Below the pieces are notes generated by a model. It saw nothing but the letters and a program-made list of their open reading frames with translations, was not told the origin of the DNA and did no database searches. Positions 1 through 12,595 of a DNA stretch of 64,000 nt are shown here, one piece after another. The position numbers and the translations under genes are program-made. The stretch comes from Eledone cirrhosa. Taxonomy: Eukaryota. The first letter of the stretch is position 1; the number at the start of each line of letters is the position of its first letter. Location: the NCBI GenBank assembly GCA_964016885.1, contig OZ024743.1:261950001-262014000 (forward strand), given 5' to 3'.

Positions 1-277
1 GAAGTAAAGTTATTTGTTACCGTTTTGAAGTGAGCTCGCAAGAGACCATGTTAGGGTTGCCAGTCGAACACGCCTGGCCGAAGGGCCAGGCAGGTTAGAG
101 GAGGGCAAATGAGAGGTAGAGATCGCTCTGAGTATCCCTTTTATAGGGTCTCAAAACGGAAGTGACAAAAGGGGTTCTGCCACCCCAACGGGAAGTAACT
201 CCAGCTACCTCCTGTCTAGAGAGCGTTAATCTATTGGTGATGTGAGAGTCACAACAAGGGAGCCAACTCTTGCTACA
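1..277 (-). mobile_element. Possible LTR fragment, cut by the window edge
   Basis: GC-richer block that begins TGTAGCAAG on the minus strand at 277, with a TATA-like CCTATAAAAGGG at ~137-148. No second LTR or internal ORF is visible. Confidence 0.35.
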
Positions 278-553
278 TTCTCTTAGTGTTGTCTGAAATG
301 TATAGCCTTATACACGCTGAGGAACCGGGGTTATTCCATTTCTGTCAACAACTTACTGGCGAAACAGATCTCTTTGGATTTGTACGTGTTTTATATAGTT
401 ATAGAGGTATTTATTTACGCTTTAATTTATATTTTTAATTATCGTGTCTATGGTCTGCCTTTCATAGGTTATAGATTCCATACACTGGTGGTTTTTCCCC
501 TGTTTTATTGATAGCGCACTGTATATCTCTCTCTAGTGTGTTACCTTTTCAAC

Positions 554-613
<60 letters not shown>

Positions 614-631
614 TGTGTGTGTGTGTATATA

Positions 632-900
632 TAATAATAAAGAAGAAAGACGGTATCACTTTTTCATCCCTATTTATTTTATTATACTTATTTCGAAGAC
701 ATATGTCATTTGTATAATATCTGCCCTACGTGTTTTCTTCCGACAAAAATCCATGCAAGATGTAAATATCCGTTGATATGAGATATTCGTTGATATCCGT
801 TGATATGAGAACACGTAGGGCAGATGTTATACAAATGAAATACGCATAATAAAATAAATAGGGATGGGCAAATGATACCGTCTTTCTTGTTTATTATTAT
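632..900. repeat. Imperfect foldback (arms ~632-737 and ~808-900) carrying a degenerate hammerhead-like motif
   Basis: Arms are reverse complements (AAGAAAGACGGTATCA/TGATACCGTCTTTCTT; TCTGCCCTACGTGTT/AACACGTAGGGCAGA). Minus strand 677-748 reads ttttgt-CGGAAGA...GAAA-TAAGTA-TA-ataaaa. Confidence 0.65.
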
Positions 901-901
901 A

Positions 902-1010
902 ACCCGCCGAGGTTAACTTTGCCTTTCATCCTTATGGGGTCGATAAAATAAAGTACCAGTAATACACTGGGTAATTTCTGGCCTTGTGCCAAAGTAGAAA
1001 CAATTATTAT
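902..1010 (+). mobile_element. SINE fragment with a Meta-type central domain
   Basis: GCCGAGGTTAACTTTGCCTTTCATCCTTATGGGGTCGATAAAATAAAGTACCAG, which recurs at ~15700-16040, 19150-19350 (-), 26960-27135 and 60340-60460. Confidence 0.7.
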
Positions 1011-1902
1011 AATAAAACTCCGGATAAACATAAACTTATGAAAGAGTCGGCAGATTTTCAATCAACCAACTTTCCTTAGTTGAATAAATATATGGATGTA
1101 TATATATATACGTATATTTTCTTTAATATTGCAACATTAAAGGAATCGCGAGCAATTTATAATGTTATTTAAGCATTGGTAATGTTATTTATGTATATAT
1201 TTAAAACATATTTGCTAAGTTATTCTACTGTAAATTTATTTATATGCTTTGTATATATTATATATACACAAATAATGAATCTGTATATTAAAACATCGTT
1301 TGTATTATTCAATCAGTTTATTGAACAACTAGAATGCTCATCGTCAAGTACTTTATACATATATATATATATGTGTGTGTGTGTATGTATGTATGAATCT
1401 ATATATATGTATGTATATCTATATATATGTGCGTGTGCATGTATATATGTGTGTGTATGTATATATATGTGTGTGTATGCATATATGTGTGTGTATGCAT
1501 ATGTGTGTGTGCATGTATATATATATATATATGTGTGTATGCATATATGTGTGTATGTATATATATGTGTGTATGTATATATATATGTATATATATATAT
1601 GAAGATAAATTAACGGAGCCATAGAGTCGCGTTATTCCCTGTAAATTATATGCTCAAAGGGAAAGGAATCCTATACATATTGTATATGTATATATATATG
1701 CATGTATATATATGTATATGTGTATATATATGCATGTATATGTGTATTTGTATATATGTATATGTGTGTATGTATGTATATATATGAATGTATATATATA
1801 CATATATAAAGAAAAAGAGATGAAATCGAAAATGCAACTGAAGTCTTATTTTAAAAAAAAATATATATATTTGAAAAACCACAGACCCTCCATCTCAACT
1901 CA

Positions 1903-1940
1903 CCTTTTGAAAAGCAGAAGAACTGCGAAACCGGTAAAGG
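1903..1940 (+). ncRNA. Type I hammerhead ribozyme motif, U3-A8 core variant
   Basis: cctt-TTGAAAA-gcag(aagaa)ctgc-GAAA-CCGGT-A-aagg: 4-bp stems I and II, palindromic ACCGGT stem III, GUA triplet. It lies between 48-bp perfect inverted repeats (1805-1852/1969-2016). Confidence 0.7.
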
Positions 1941-2081
1941 AACCAAATAAATATATATATTTAAAAAAAAAATAAGACTTCAGTTGCATTTTCGATTTCA
2001 TCTCTTTTTCTTTATACTTTCACTCGTGTAGGACACCTCGGTTATTTTTCATTTTGTAAAAAAAACCTCACTTTCTAATAT

Positions 2082-2640
2082 ATCATCATCATCATCATCA
2101 TCATCACCGTTTTACGTCCGTTCTTCCACGCTAGCATGGGTTAGACGGGTTGTCCTGTTGTGGGCAGTGTCTGGTCGGCTGACCATGCCTTGCTCATACA
2201 GGAACTGATCTGGCTTGATTTCTACAGCTGGATGCCCTTCCTAACACCAACCTCATTTACAGTGAGTGCTGGGTGCTTTTTCGTGGCGCCTACACGTCCA
2301 CTTTACAGTGTGGGCTGGGTGCTTTTTTGCCGTGGCACCTCCACGACCACCTTGCGGTGGGGGGAGTGGGGGCATATTGTTTATATGCTTCAGCATGTAC
2401 CCATGGGAGGTCGGGTACCCTGTATTACTGCGTGACGCCAGAAGTCACGGTCGTGTGTCGTTGTCTTTGAGAGGTGTAGTTGGGTAAGGTCGGCTTTTAT
2501 CACCTCATCCCAAGTCATCTTGGGTCTCCCCACTCCGCGGTTTCCATCAACTTCTAGTGCTCTGCACCTTTTTATGCAGCTGTCATCCTTCATACGCATC
2601 ACATGTCCATACCAGCGTAACCGCCTCTCCTGCACGCAAC
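2082..2640 (-). mobile_element. 5'-truncated RTE LINE (3' end of ORF, 3' UTR, (GAT)n tail)
   Basis: ORF 2390-2635 reads RRLRWYGHVMRM...GRPKMTW. Nearly identical to 6811-7365. Confidence 0.9.
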
Positions 2641-2687
2641 ATATATATATATATATATAGTTTTAATATATTTTTAATATAGATGAG

Positions 2688-2734
2688 ATTCTACAGGACT
2701 AGAACTGTTTCATTCTTTAGAAATCTTCAGGAAT
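2688..2734 (-). ncRNA. Type I hammerhead ribozyme motif
   Basis: Minus strand attc-CTGAAGA-tttc(taaa)gaat-GAAA-CAG(ttctagtc)CTGT-A-gaat. Homolog at 12848-12899. Confidence 0.65.
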
Positions 2735-3044
2735 GTATGTGTATATTTGAATAGTATGGTAGAATAGTATATGATTTTTCTTCGCTCTCCTTTTGAGTGC
2801 TATCAACTAATCTGGCCTTTTAGTTGCTCTGAATCAATTTTTTTTCCTGGGATTTGGAAACTAAAACTAAATTAAACATAAAATTAAATCTAGCCCCAAC
2901 CCTAAACTCTAAATCTAAACCAAACCAAGCTAAATATAAATATAAAGGAACGATCGACTTTCGTCAAATCGGACCGAGGGAACAATGTTTCCATTGGTTT
3001 TTCCAATTGCTAATACTATCTATCGGTCGCAACTCCAGATAGAA

Positions 3045-3160
3045 GGAGAAACGTGAAATAAAGTGTCTTGCTCAAGGACATAACGCATCGCCTGGTCCAG
3101 GATTCGAACTCACAACCTTACGATTGCGAATCCAATTCTCTATCCACTCAGCCACACGCC
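3045..3160 (-). mobile_element. tRNA-derived SINE head with CORE-like domain
   Basis: Minus strand has an A box (TGGCTGAGTGG), a B box (GTTCGAATCC), then CCTTGAGCAAGACACTTTATTTCAC. Confidence 0.75.
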
Positions 3161-3161
3161 T

Positions 3162-3410
3162 ATAAACATTACCCCAACCCTTAAACTAAACCCTAAACTA
3201 TACCCCAACTATAAAACTAAACCCTAAACATTACCCCAACCCTAAAACTAAACCCTAAACTTTACCCCAAACCTAAAACTAAACCCTAAACTTTACTCCA
3301 ACCCTAAAACTAGACCCTAAACATTACCCCAACCCTAAAACTAAACCCTAAACTTTACCCCAACCCTAAAACTAAACCCTAAACATTACCCCAACCCTAA
3401 ACCTAACCCA
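3162..3410. repeat. 31-bp minisatellite built on telomere-like AACCCT words
   Basis: About 8 copies of AAACCCTAAACATTACCCCAACCCTAAAACT. Confidence 0.9.
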
Positions 3411-3760
3411 GGGAAATGAGTTGATTGGAAGCATCTAGGAGGTCAGATTAATTAATAGCACAGGAAATATACCGAAAATGATTAAGTCCCACAACATGTG
3501 AGTGGAGTGTAGATCTGCAAAACTCTTCCTCTCTCCCTCTCCTCTTTCGCCAAAGCTAGTTGTTTTTGACTGGTTTGGAAGTCATTCACTGATAACGCAT
3601 GAAAATAGAATCAAAGAGAAAATTCTGAATAAGCAGGGGATATTCGGGTGAAGGGTGAACCACCTCACCCCGCCGTTTTCCTGGGGGGAAAAAGTCAGTT
3701 TCAAGCATCTTGGAGATTGGATTAGTTGATAGCACATTAAAAATAGGATGAAAAAATTTC

Positions 3761-4735
3761 ACATCACATCACACCACATCAAATCACTCCGCACGCCATC
3801 ACATCACACCACACCACATCTCACCACATCTCACCACATCTCACCACACCACATCTCACCACATCACATCACATCACACCACATCACACCACATCACATC
3901 TCATCACACCACATCACTCCACATCACTCCACACCACATCACACCACATCACTCCACACCACACCACACCACATCACATCACACCTCATTACACCACACC
4001 ACATCACACCACACCAGACCACACCACATCACATCTCACCACATCACATCACACCACACCACATCTCACCATATCACACTACATCATATCTCACCACACC
4101 CCATCACTCCACACCACTCCACACCACACCACACCACACCACATCACACCACACCACATCACACCATATATCACCACATCACACCACACCACATCACACC
4201 ACACCACATCAGACCACACCACATCACACCACACCACATCTCACCATATCACACCACACCACATCTCACCATATCACACCATACCACATCACACCATACC
4301 ACATCTCACCATATCACATAACATCATATCACATCACATCTCACCACATAACACCACATCTCACCACATCACATCACACCACATCACACCACACCACATC
4401 ACACCACATCACATCACACCATATCTCACCACATCACACCACACCACATCAGACCACATCACATCTCACCACATCACATCACACTACACCACACCACATC
4501 ACACCATATCACGTCACGTCACGTCATGTCACGTCTCGTCTCGCCTCGCCTCATTTCACCACGCCACGCCACATTTCATCACATCACATTATATTTCACC
4601 ACGCCGCGCCACATTTCATCACATCACATCACATTTCACCACGCCACGCCACATCACACCACATGCTACCACACTACATTCCACCACACTCCACTACACC
4701 ACACCACACTACACCACACCATACCACACCACTGT
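3761..4735. repeat. Pentanucleotide satellite (CACCA/CATCA)n
   Basis: Direct reading. Smaller patches at ~5030-5100, 5800-6010 and 9360-9505. Confidence 0.95.
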
Positions 4736-5217
4736 CTATTTGACTGTTTTCTATTTCGTAGTTATGTCCAGTTACAGTAAGAGAAAGAAAGTTATTTCAA
4801 AGGATCTGAGTAAGTAAACACTTCATTGACCATCATTTTAAGCAGAATCTCAGTGTAGTTTTAAATTGACCTTTTCATATGATTACACCTCAGTCTTAAC
4901 TTAATCACCTGTAGATGAATGCTACATGTAATGTTAAAATTAGTTAAACACTGTTTCCCCGTTCTCATCACATGTAGATGCTACATGTGTATTGTTAACA
5001 TTAATCTAACGTTGTGTCCCCCACCCCCCGCCTCACCATATCATACCACACCACATCACACCATGTTGTACCGCACCAGACCACATAACACCATGCTATA
5101 CCATATATATATATATATATGAGCTCCCCACTCGTTATATTAACTGTATCTCCTCAGTGTTTCGTGAAAGTCTGAGAGATCAGCTATATATTTGTTTACA
5201 ATTTTTTTTATATTTAG

Positions 5218-5745
5218 ATGGAAAAGAAGAAAAAGACGACGAAGCAGACGACTAAAATGAAAATGACAACAAAGACAAAGAAGACATGGAAAACGAAGAT
5301 GACGAAAAGAAGAAGAAAGTATGATCTCAGTTCAGTCTAAACCTAATGATTTATAGATATGATCTTAGTTCAGTCTTAACCTAATGACCTGTAGATACGA
5401 TCTATTTAGGTTTAACTTAAACATTCAAAGATATTTCTATATACTTTTGTTGATGTTTGATATTGATTTTTAGTTATGAAATAGCTTATAAGCTACATTA
5501 TAGGATCACAGTGCATGAGCACACTGCTCTTTAAATTAACTTTATCTCCTCAGCACTTTGTAAAGTCTGAGAGATAGGCAACATATATGTTTTACATTCT
5601 TTGTTTTTGGTATTTAGATGGCAGAGGAGAAGATAAAGGCACAGAAGAAGTCAAAGGCACAGAAGCAGTCAAAGGCACAGAAGCAGTCAAAGGCACAGAA
5701 GAAAACAAAGGCACAGAAGAAGACAAAGAAAATGAACAAGAAGAA
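5218..5745 (+). other. Two duplicated exon-like acidic modules (5218-5318 and 5618-~5745)
   Basis: Both follow homologous upstream sequence ending TATTTAG|ATGG and encode D/E/K-rich peptides. The first has an in-frame TAA in the acidic frame; the second has no clear donor. Confidence 0.3.
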
Positions 5746-6019
5746 CAATTATTATTACTATTATTATTGTTATTATTATTTGTATTATTATAATCAAACT
5801 AAGCCACACTACATCAACCTATACCATACCACACCACACTGACAAACATTATACCATACCACATTATCCAACACCACACTACGAAACACTGTACGACCTC
5901 ACATCAGACCATGCTATGAAACAATATACCATACTACACTATACAACAATAGACAACACCACACAAGACTATGAAACACTATACTTTACCACACTATATC
6001 ACACCACTCAAGTTAGAGA

Positions 6020-9000
6020 GGATCAACTTTTTTCCTGGAAAGTAGAAAACCTAACTTTAAGCTAAAACCGAACTTTAAAAATAACACTTACCCTAACACT
6101 TGCACTCACATATGCTCTAACAGTGAACTTAGCGCTAACATGAAAACTAACACAAACACAAAATCTGAAAACTAACATTAAATAGAAAACTAACACAAAC
6201 ACTAACCTGAACACTAACACTAAAACTGACACTAACACTAACCTGAACACCAGCACTAAAACTAACACTTCCGTAAACACTAATACAAACACTAACCTGA
6301 ACACTTACACTAAAACTAACATTAGCACAAACATTAGCCTGAACACTAGCACTAAAACTAACACTACCATAAACACTGACCTGAGCACTAACACTAAAAG
6401 TAACACTAACACAAACACTAATCTGAAAACTGATACTAACCAGAAAACTAAGCTAACATTAACTTCAACACTAAAACAAACACTAACGCTAACAGAGATA
6501 CTAACACAAATATTAACACAAAAACAAACACAATCTCTAACACTAACCTCAACACTAACACTAAAACTAACATTAACTTGAACACTAACTCTAACCTGAA
6601 AACTAAGCTAACATTAACCTGAACACTAACATAAACACTAATGCTAACACTAACAGAAATACTAATGCTAACATTAACGCTAACCTTAACACAAAAACAA
6701 AGACTAACGCTAACACAATCACTAACACTAATGGAAACATCAAACACTAATGCTAACAGAGATACTAACACAAATATTAACACAAAAACAAATACTAACA
6801 CTAACACAATCATCATCATCATCATCATCACCGTTTTACGTCCGTTCTTCCACGCTAGCATGGGTTAGACGGGTTGTCCTGTTGTGGGCAGTGTCTGGTC
6901 GGCTGACCATGCCTTGCTCATACAGGAACTGATCTGGCTTGATTTCTACAGCTGGATGCCCTTCCTAACACCAACCTCATTTACAGTGAGTGCTGGGTGC
7001 TTTTTCGTGGCGCCTACACGTCCACTTTACAGTGTGGGCTGGGTGCTTTTTTGCCGTGGCACCTCCACGACCACCTTGCGGTGGGGGGGGGGGGGGGGCA
7101 TATTGTTTATATGCTTCAGCATGTACCCATGGGAGGTCGGGTACCCTGTATTACTGCGTGACGCCAGAAGTCACGGTCGTGTGTCATTGACTTTGAGAGG
7201 TGTAGTTGGGTAAGGTCGGCTTTTATCACCTCATCCCAAGTCATCTTGGGTCTCCCCACTCCGCGGTTTCCATCAACTTCTAGTGCTCTGCACCTTTTTA
7301 TGCAGCTGTCATCCTTCATACGCATCACATGTCCATACCAGCGTAACCGCCTCTCCTGCACGCAGCATTTGATTCCTCTTATGCTCAGTCTCTCTCTCAA
7401 TTCCTTTATGCTTTGTCGTTCACGTATATTACTGTTACACATCCATCGGAGCATGCAGGCTTCGTTTCTCTCTAATCTACGTAAGTCTTCCACCTTCAGC
7501 GCCCAGGTCTCACTACCATGCAACATCGCTGTTCGGATACACGCATCATACAGTCTGCCTTTCATTCTGAGGGAGAAGCCTTTTGCAGCTAGCAGTGGTA
7601 GTAGTTCCCTAAACTTCTTCCATCCCGTTCTTACCCTAGTTATTGTACTTTCTGAGCACCCACCTCCGTTGCTAATTCGGTCACCTAGGTAGCAGAAGCT
7701 GTCTACTGTTTCTACAGGGCCCTCCCAGAGATTGGTGGTACTTGTTTCCTGTGGCTGTTTGCTTGCTGTTTCAGCACAGCTGCTGCATGTGAATCCTACA
7801 TTCTTAATTAAGCTTCCTGAGATCCCGCTACATCTCTTGTGTACCCATTGTTTGCATTTGGGGCAGAGAATGGAGTTCCTACCTACACCTTTCCTACATA
7901 CTGAGCAAGGCCATTTCCCTGAGGGGATCTGGGTTCTGTTTTCTCATCTACTTATAAGGACCTTAGTCTTTGTCATGTTGACTTTGAGGCCCTTTCTCTC
8001 TAGTCCCTGCTTCCAGGTTTGGAATTTATTCTCTAGTTCTACCATAGATTCAGCTATGAGTGCGAGGTCATCAGCATACAGGAGTTCCCATGGGCATCCG
8101 GTCTTAAACTCCTCCGTTATTGCCTGCAGGACTATGATGAACACTAACCTTAACACTAAAACTAACACTAACATTAACTTGAACACTAACACTAACCTGA
8201 AGACTTACACTAAAACTAACACTAACAGAGATACTAACACAAATATTAACACAAAAGCAAACACTAACACAATCTCTAACACTAAAACTAACATTAACTT
8301 GAACACTAACACTAACCTGAAAACTAAGCTAACATTAACCTGAACACTAACACATGTTAACACTAACAGAAATACTAATGCTAACATTAACACAAAAACA
8401 AAGACTAACGCTAACACAATCACTAACACTAATGGAAATATCAATCACTAATGCTAACAGAGATACTAACACAAATATTAACACAAAAACAAACACTAAC
8501 ACAATCTCTAACACTAACCTTAACACTAAAACTAACATTAACACTAACATAACTTGAACACTAACACTAACCTAAACACTTACACTAAAACTAACATTAA
8601 CCTAAACACTAGCACTAAAACTAACACTACCATAAACAGTAACACAAACACTAACACTGATCTGAGCACTAACAGTAACACTAACACTACCATAAAAACC
8701 AACACTAAAAAAACACTAACACTAACCTGATGCTAACACTGACTCAAACACTAATGCAAATGCTGACGTGCACATTGATGCAAACGCTGACACTGAGGGA
8801 AATGCTGATACTGACACAAGTGCTGACGCGGACGCTAATGATAATGCTGACTCAGAAGCTGACGTAGACGCAGGCACTGAAACAAACACTAATGCTAACA
8901 CTAATGTTGACTCAGACGCTAAGGGAAATGCTGACACAATCTCTATCACCAATGCAGACGCTGACGCAAATGCTGACATAGATGCTGACACTTACGCAAT

Positions 9001-9280
9001 CACTAAGGCTAATCCAAACACTAACACAGATGCTAACACCAGTCTACATAGACACTAACACAAAAGCTTACATAGACGCTTATGCAAATGCTAACGCTGA
9101 TGCAGACAGTAATGCAAACAGTAACTGTAAGAGTAACAGTTACAGTAACACTAACAGTGACAGTAATGCTTACAGTAACACAGTCACTAACAATAAACTT
9201 ACCATTAACAGTAAAACTTACCCTAACACTAACCCTAAATCTAACATTAACCCAGAGAAAAAAGTCATTTGCAATCACAT
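6020..9280. repeat. Degenerate hexamer-based (AACACT-type) repeat tract interrupted by a LINE
   Basis: Six-nt periodicity drifting from AACACT to GACGCT, AATGCT and AACAGT, with higher-order duplicated blocks on both sides of the LINE. Confidence 0.85.
6809..8141 (-). mobile_element. 5'-truncated RTE LINE (RT C-terminal half with PHD-type finger; one premature TGA)
   Basis: ELLYADDLAL...GLKVNMTKTK, stop at 7944-7946, then the same frame continues through WPCSVC...HKRC and YLG to RRLRWYGHV. Ends in a (GAT)n tail. Confidence 0.92.
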
Positions 9281-9766
9281 TTAAGGTCACTCTTTAAGAT
9301 ATAGAAGATAGGCATTACATTTTAATGATTTTAAATTAAAGAGAATCACGCTATACGATGCAACACACCACACTAACCTACACTACACCAAACCAGATTA
9401 TACCATACCTTGGTAAATTTATGATAGGTTTCCATGTTATAACTACACCAAACTAAACCATACCAAACCACACCATAACAAACTACACCATACTACATCA
9501 CACCATGCAATTGAACTCAGTGTGAAAAATTTTCTTCCTGATTTTTTTGTCTTTTTAGTGTGTGTGTGCTTATCACCCAATCTGACATTAAAAGTGTTCG
9601 CAATTAACTATTTTTTGCACATATTATCAATGAAGACTTTGAAACCTGTTGAAAATGACTAGCTTTGTAGAAAAAAGAGGGCGGAAAGTGGGTGGAAATA
9701 CCATTCACAAAGCTTGTCATTTTTGATTGCAGTGAAAGTCATATTTGTTGTTAATATGGTAATGGA

Positions 9767-10035
9767 GGCACATGGCTTAGTGGTTAGAGCATTGACCTTG
9801 CAATCGAAAGGTTGTGAGTTCAATTCACAGACCAGATGGTGTGTTGTTTTCTTGAGCAAGACACTTTATTTCACATTGCTCCAGTTTACTCAGCTGTAGA
9901 AATGAGATGATAGGGACTGAGGTCCCTATCATTCCACTGTAAAGTGGTCGTGGAGGTGCCACGGCAAAAAAGCACCCAGCACTCACTGTAAATGAGGTTG
10001 GTGTTAGGAAGGGCATCCAGCTGTAGAAATCAAAG
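9767..10035 (+). mobile_element. tRNA-derived SINE with RTE-derived tail (3' truncated)
   Basis: GGCACATGGCTTAGTGGTTAGAGC head, GTTCAATTC B box, CTTGAGCAAGACACTT core, GTTAGGAAGGGCATCCAGC tail. Confidence 0.85.
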
Positions 10036-10117
10036 GCCCTCAACTTGGTTTTCAAAATTTAAATTTGTGTTTCCTATTCATCAATGCTTCAAGCAAACTA
10101 TAAAACTCTGTTATATT

Positions 10118-10491
10118 TCATCATCATCATTTTATGTCAGTTCTTTTACGCTAGCATGGGTTGTCCTGTTGTGGGCAGTGTCCAGTCGGCTGACCTTGTC
10201 TTGCTCATACGGGAATTGATTCTGTCTTGATTTCTACAGCTGGATGCCATTCCTAACACCATTTACAGTGAGTGCTGGGTGTTTTTTTTTTTTGCCATGG
10301 CACCTCCACGACCACTTTGCAGTGGAATGATAGGGACCCCAGTCCTATCATCTCATTTCTACAGCTGAGTAAACTGGAGCAATGTGAAATAAAGTGTCTT
10401 GCTCAAGGAAACAACACACCACCCGGTCCGAGAATTAAACTCACAACCTTTCAATTGCAAGCCCAATGCTCTAACCACTGAGCCATGTGCC
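10118..10491 (-). mobile_element. Full-length SINE of the same family, inverted relative to the 9767 copy
   Basis: Same head, core and tail on the minus strand, ending in (GAT)n. Confidence 0.85.
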
Positions 10492-10494
10492 TTC

Positions 10495-11450
10495 TATTGT
10501 TGGCAATGTTAGGTCAGGTGACCATGTCTTGCTCATAAAGAACTGATTTTGGCTTGGTTTCTACAGCTGGATGCCCTTCTTAATGCCAAGCTCATTTACA
10601 GTGAGTACTGGGTGTTTTTTGTTGTGATTCCTCCACGACTACTTTACAGTGTGGACTGGGTGTTTTTTACCGTGTCACCATCATGACCACTTTACAGTGT
10701 TTTGGCCTGTTCTCATGAAAGATATATTGGCGGGTGGGATGGAGTGGTGCTGGACTCGTGGGAAGTTGGGGTTTCTGTATTACCGCATAACGCCAGAGAT
10801 CTTGGTCCTGTGTCATTGCCTTTCAGAGGTGCAATTGGGCAAGGTCGGCTTTTATCACTTCATCTCAAGTCTTTCTGGGACTTTATGTAGCTGTCATCCT
10901 TCATACGAATCATATGTCCATACCAACATAATCTCCTCTCCTGCACACAACATTTGATTCCTCTTATCCCTAGTTTCTCTTTCAGTTTGTTTATGCTTTG
11001 CTGTTCGCGTATATTACTATTACACATCCATCGGAGCATACAAGCTTCATTCGTTTCTAATCTATGCAAGTCTTCTACACACAGCGCCCAGCTCTCACTA
11101 CCATGCAACATTGCCGTTCATATACACACATCATACAGTCTACCTTTTATTCTGAGGGAAAAGCCTTTTGTATCCATCTGTGGCAGTAGCTCCCTCAACT
11201 TCTTCCATCCCGTTCTTTCAGAACACCCCCTTCCGCTGCTAATTCGGTATTGTTTTTACCAAGTCCTCCTAGACTTTGATGTCACTTGTTTTCAGTGATT
11301 GTTTGCTGCTTACTGTCCTGGTGCAACTGCTACATGTAAAGCCTACATTCTTAACTAAACTTCCTGATATAGCACTACATCTCTTTGTGTACCCATAGTT
11401 TGCATATGGGGCAGAGGATGGAGTTTCTACCTACACCTCTCCTACATAAT
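10495..11450 (-). mobile_element. Decayed 5'-truncated RTE LINE (PHD-RT family)
   Basis: ORF 10860-11111 reads MLHGSESWAL...RRLCWYGHMIRM, with deletions and frameshifts. Confidence 0.85.
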
Positions 11451-11499
11451 GAGCACACACACACACATATATATACACACACTCACATATATATATATA

Positions 11500-12564
11500 C
11501 TAGCCGAATTACCAGCGCCTTGCTGCGTTTCACACATTTTTTTTGTAAGAAAATGATGATTGATTTTAAATCAGTGATATAATTTATGGAGAAAAACTCA
11601 ATATTACTCAATGTAAAATATAATGCATGAAAAATTGGAAAACATCATTTTTTGTAATATATCAAATCAAAATTGCATTATTAAATATTATTCTTATTTT
11701 GTTTCTTGTAAATAATTTTTTTCAAAATATCAATTGAAAACTTTTGTGAATAAGCATCATATCTTGTCATTTACCTATGGTTTAAGTTTCATATAAATCG
11801 AAAGGGAAAAGTTTTCAGCGGGGGTTTGTACCGCCGGGGAACCCTAATAGGGGGTTTAACCACCATTAAGGTGTCTTACAGTATTGAAATTTTGTGAATA
11901 GGCATCATATCTCTTCATTTATCTAAGGTTTAAATTGCATATAAATCAAACCGAAAACATTTTCAGCGGGGATTTTGTGCCCCCTAGTGAACCCTAATAG
12001 GGGGTTTAACCCCCATTAGGGTATTGTAATTTTATTGAAATTTTCTGAAATGATGTGAATAGGCATCATATCTTGTCGTTTACCTATGGTTTAAATTGCA
12101 TATAAATCGAAGGGAAAACATTTTCAGCTGGGGTTTGTGCCATCGGTGAACCCTAATAGGGGGTTAACCCCCATTAGGGTATTTTAATTTTATTGAAATT
12201 TGCTGAAATTTTGTGAATAGGCATCATATCTTGTCATTTACCTATGGTTTAAATTTCATATAAATCGAACGTAAAGTTTCAGCGGCGGTTTTGTGCCCCC
12301 GATGAACCCTTTGATTAAAATGAAATATACTTATACAAGTACCCTGGGCAATGTAGTTTCAGAATATATATGGTTATGGGGGGGTCTATCTCCAAAACCA
12401 TAGGAGGAGTTCGTAAAATCTTGTTCCATTTATTGGCCAAACTTTTCACTATAGGGCGTTTAACCCCCATTAGGGTGTCTTAATATTATTGAAATTTGCA
12501 CACACACACATCACACACACACACACACACACATATGTATATATATATATATATATATACACAA

Positions 12565-12595
<31 letters not shown>

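Noticed and set aside
3162-3410. True telomere or chromosome fusion site
   Set aside because: 31-bp composite units rather than pure (TTAGGG)n, with no head-to-head arrangement.
3748-4743. 331-aa His/Thr-rich ORF
   Set aside because: Pentanucleotide satellite with no codon structure or splice context.
8722-9297. Asp/Ala-rich or antifreeze-like ORFs
   Set aside because: Part of a continuous hexamer repeat drift, open on both strands, with no splice signals.
9767-9835. tRNA gene
   Set aside because: A and B boxes run directly into SINE core sequence with no complete cloverleaf. The same applies to the other SINE heads.
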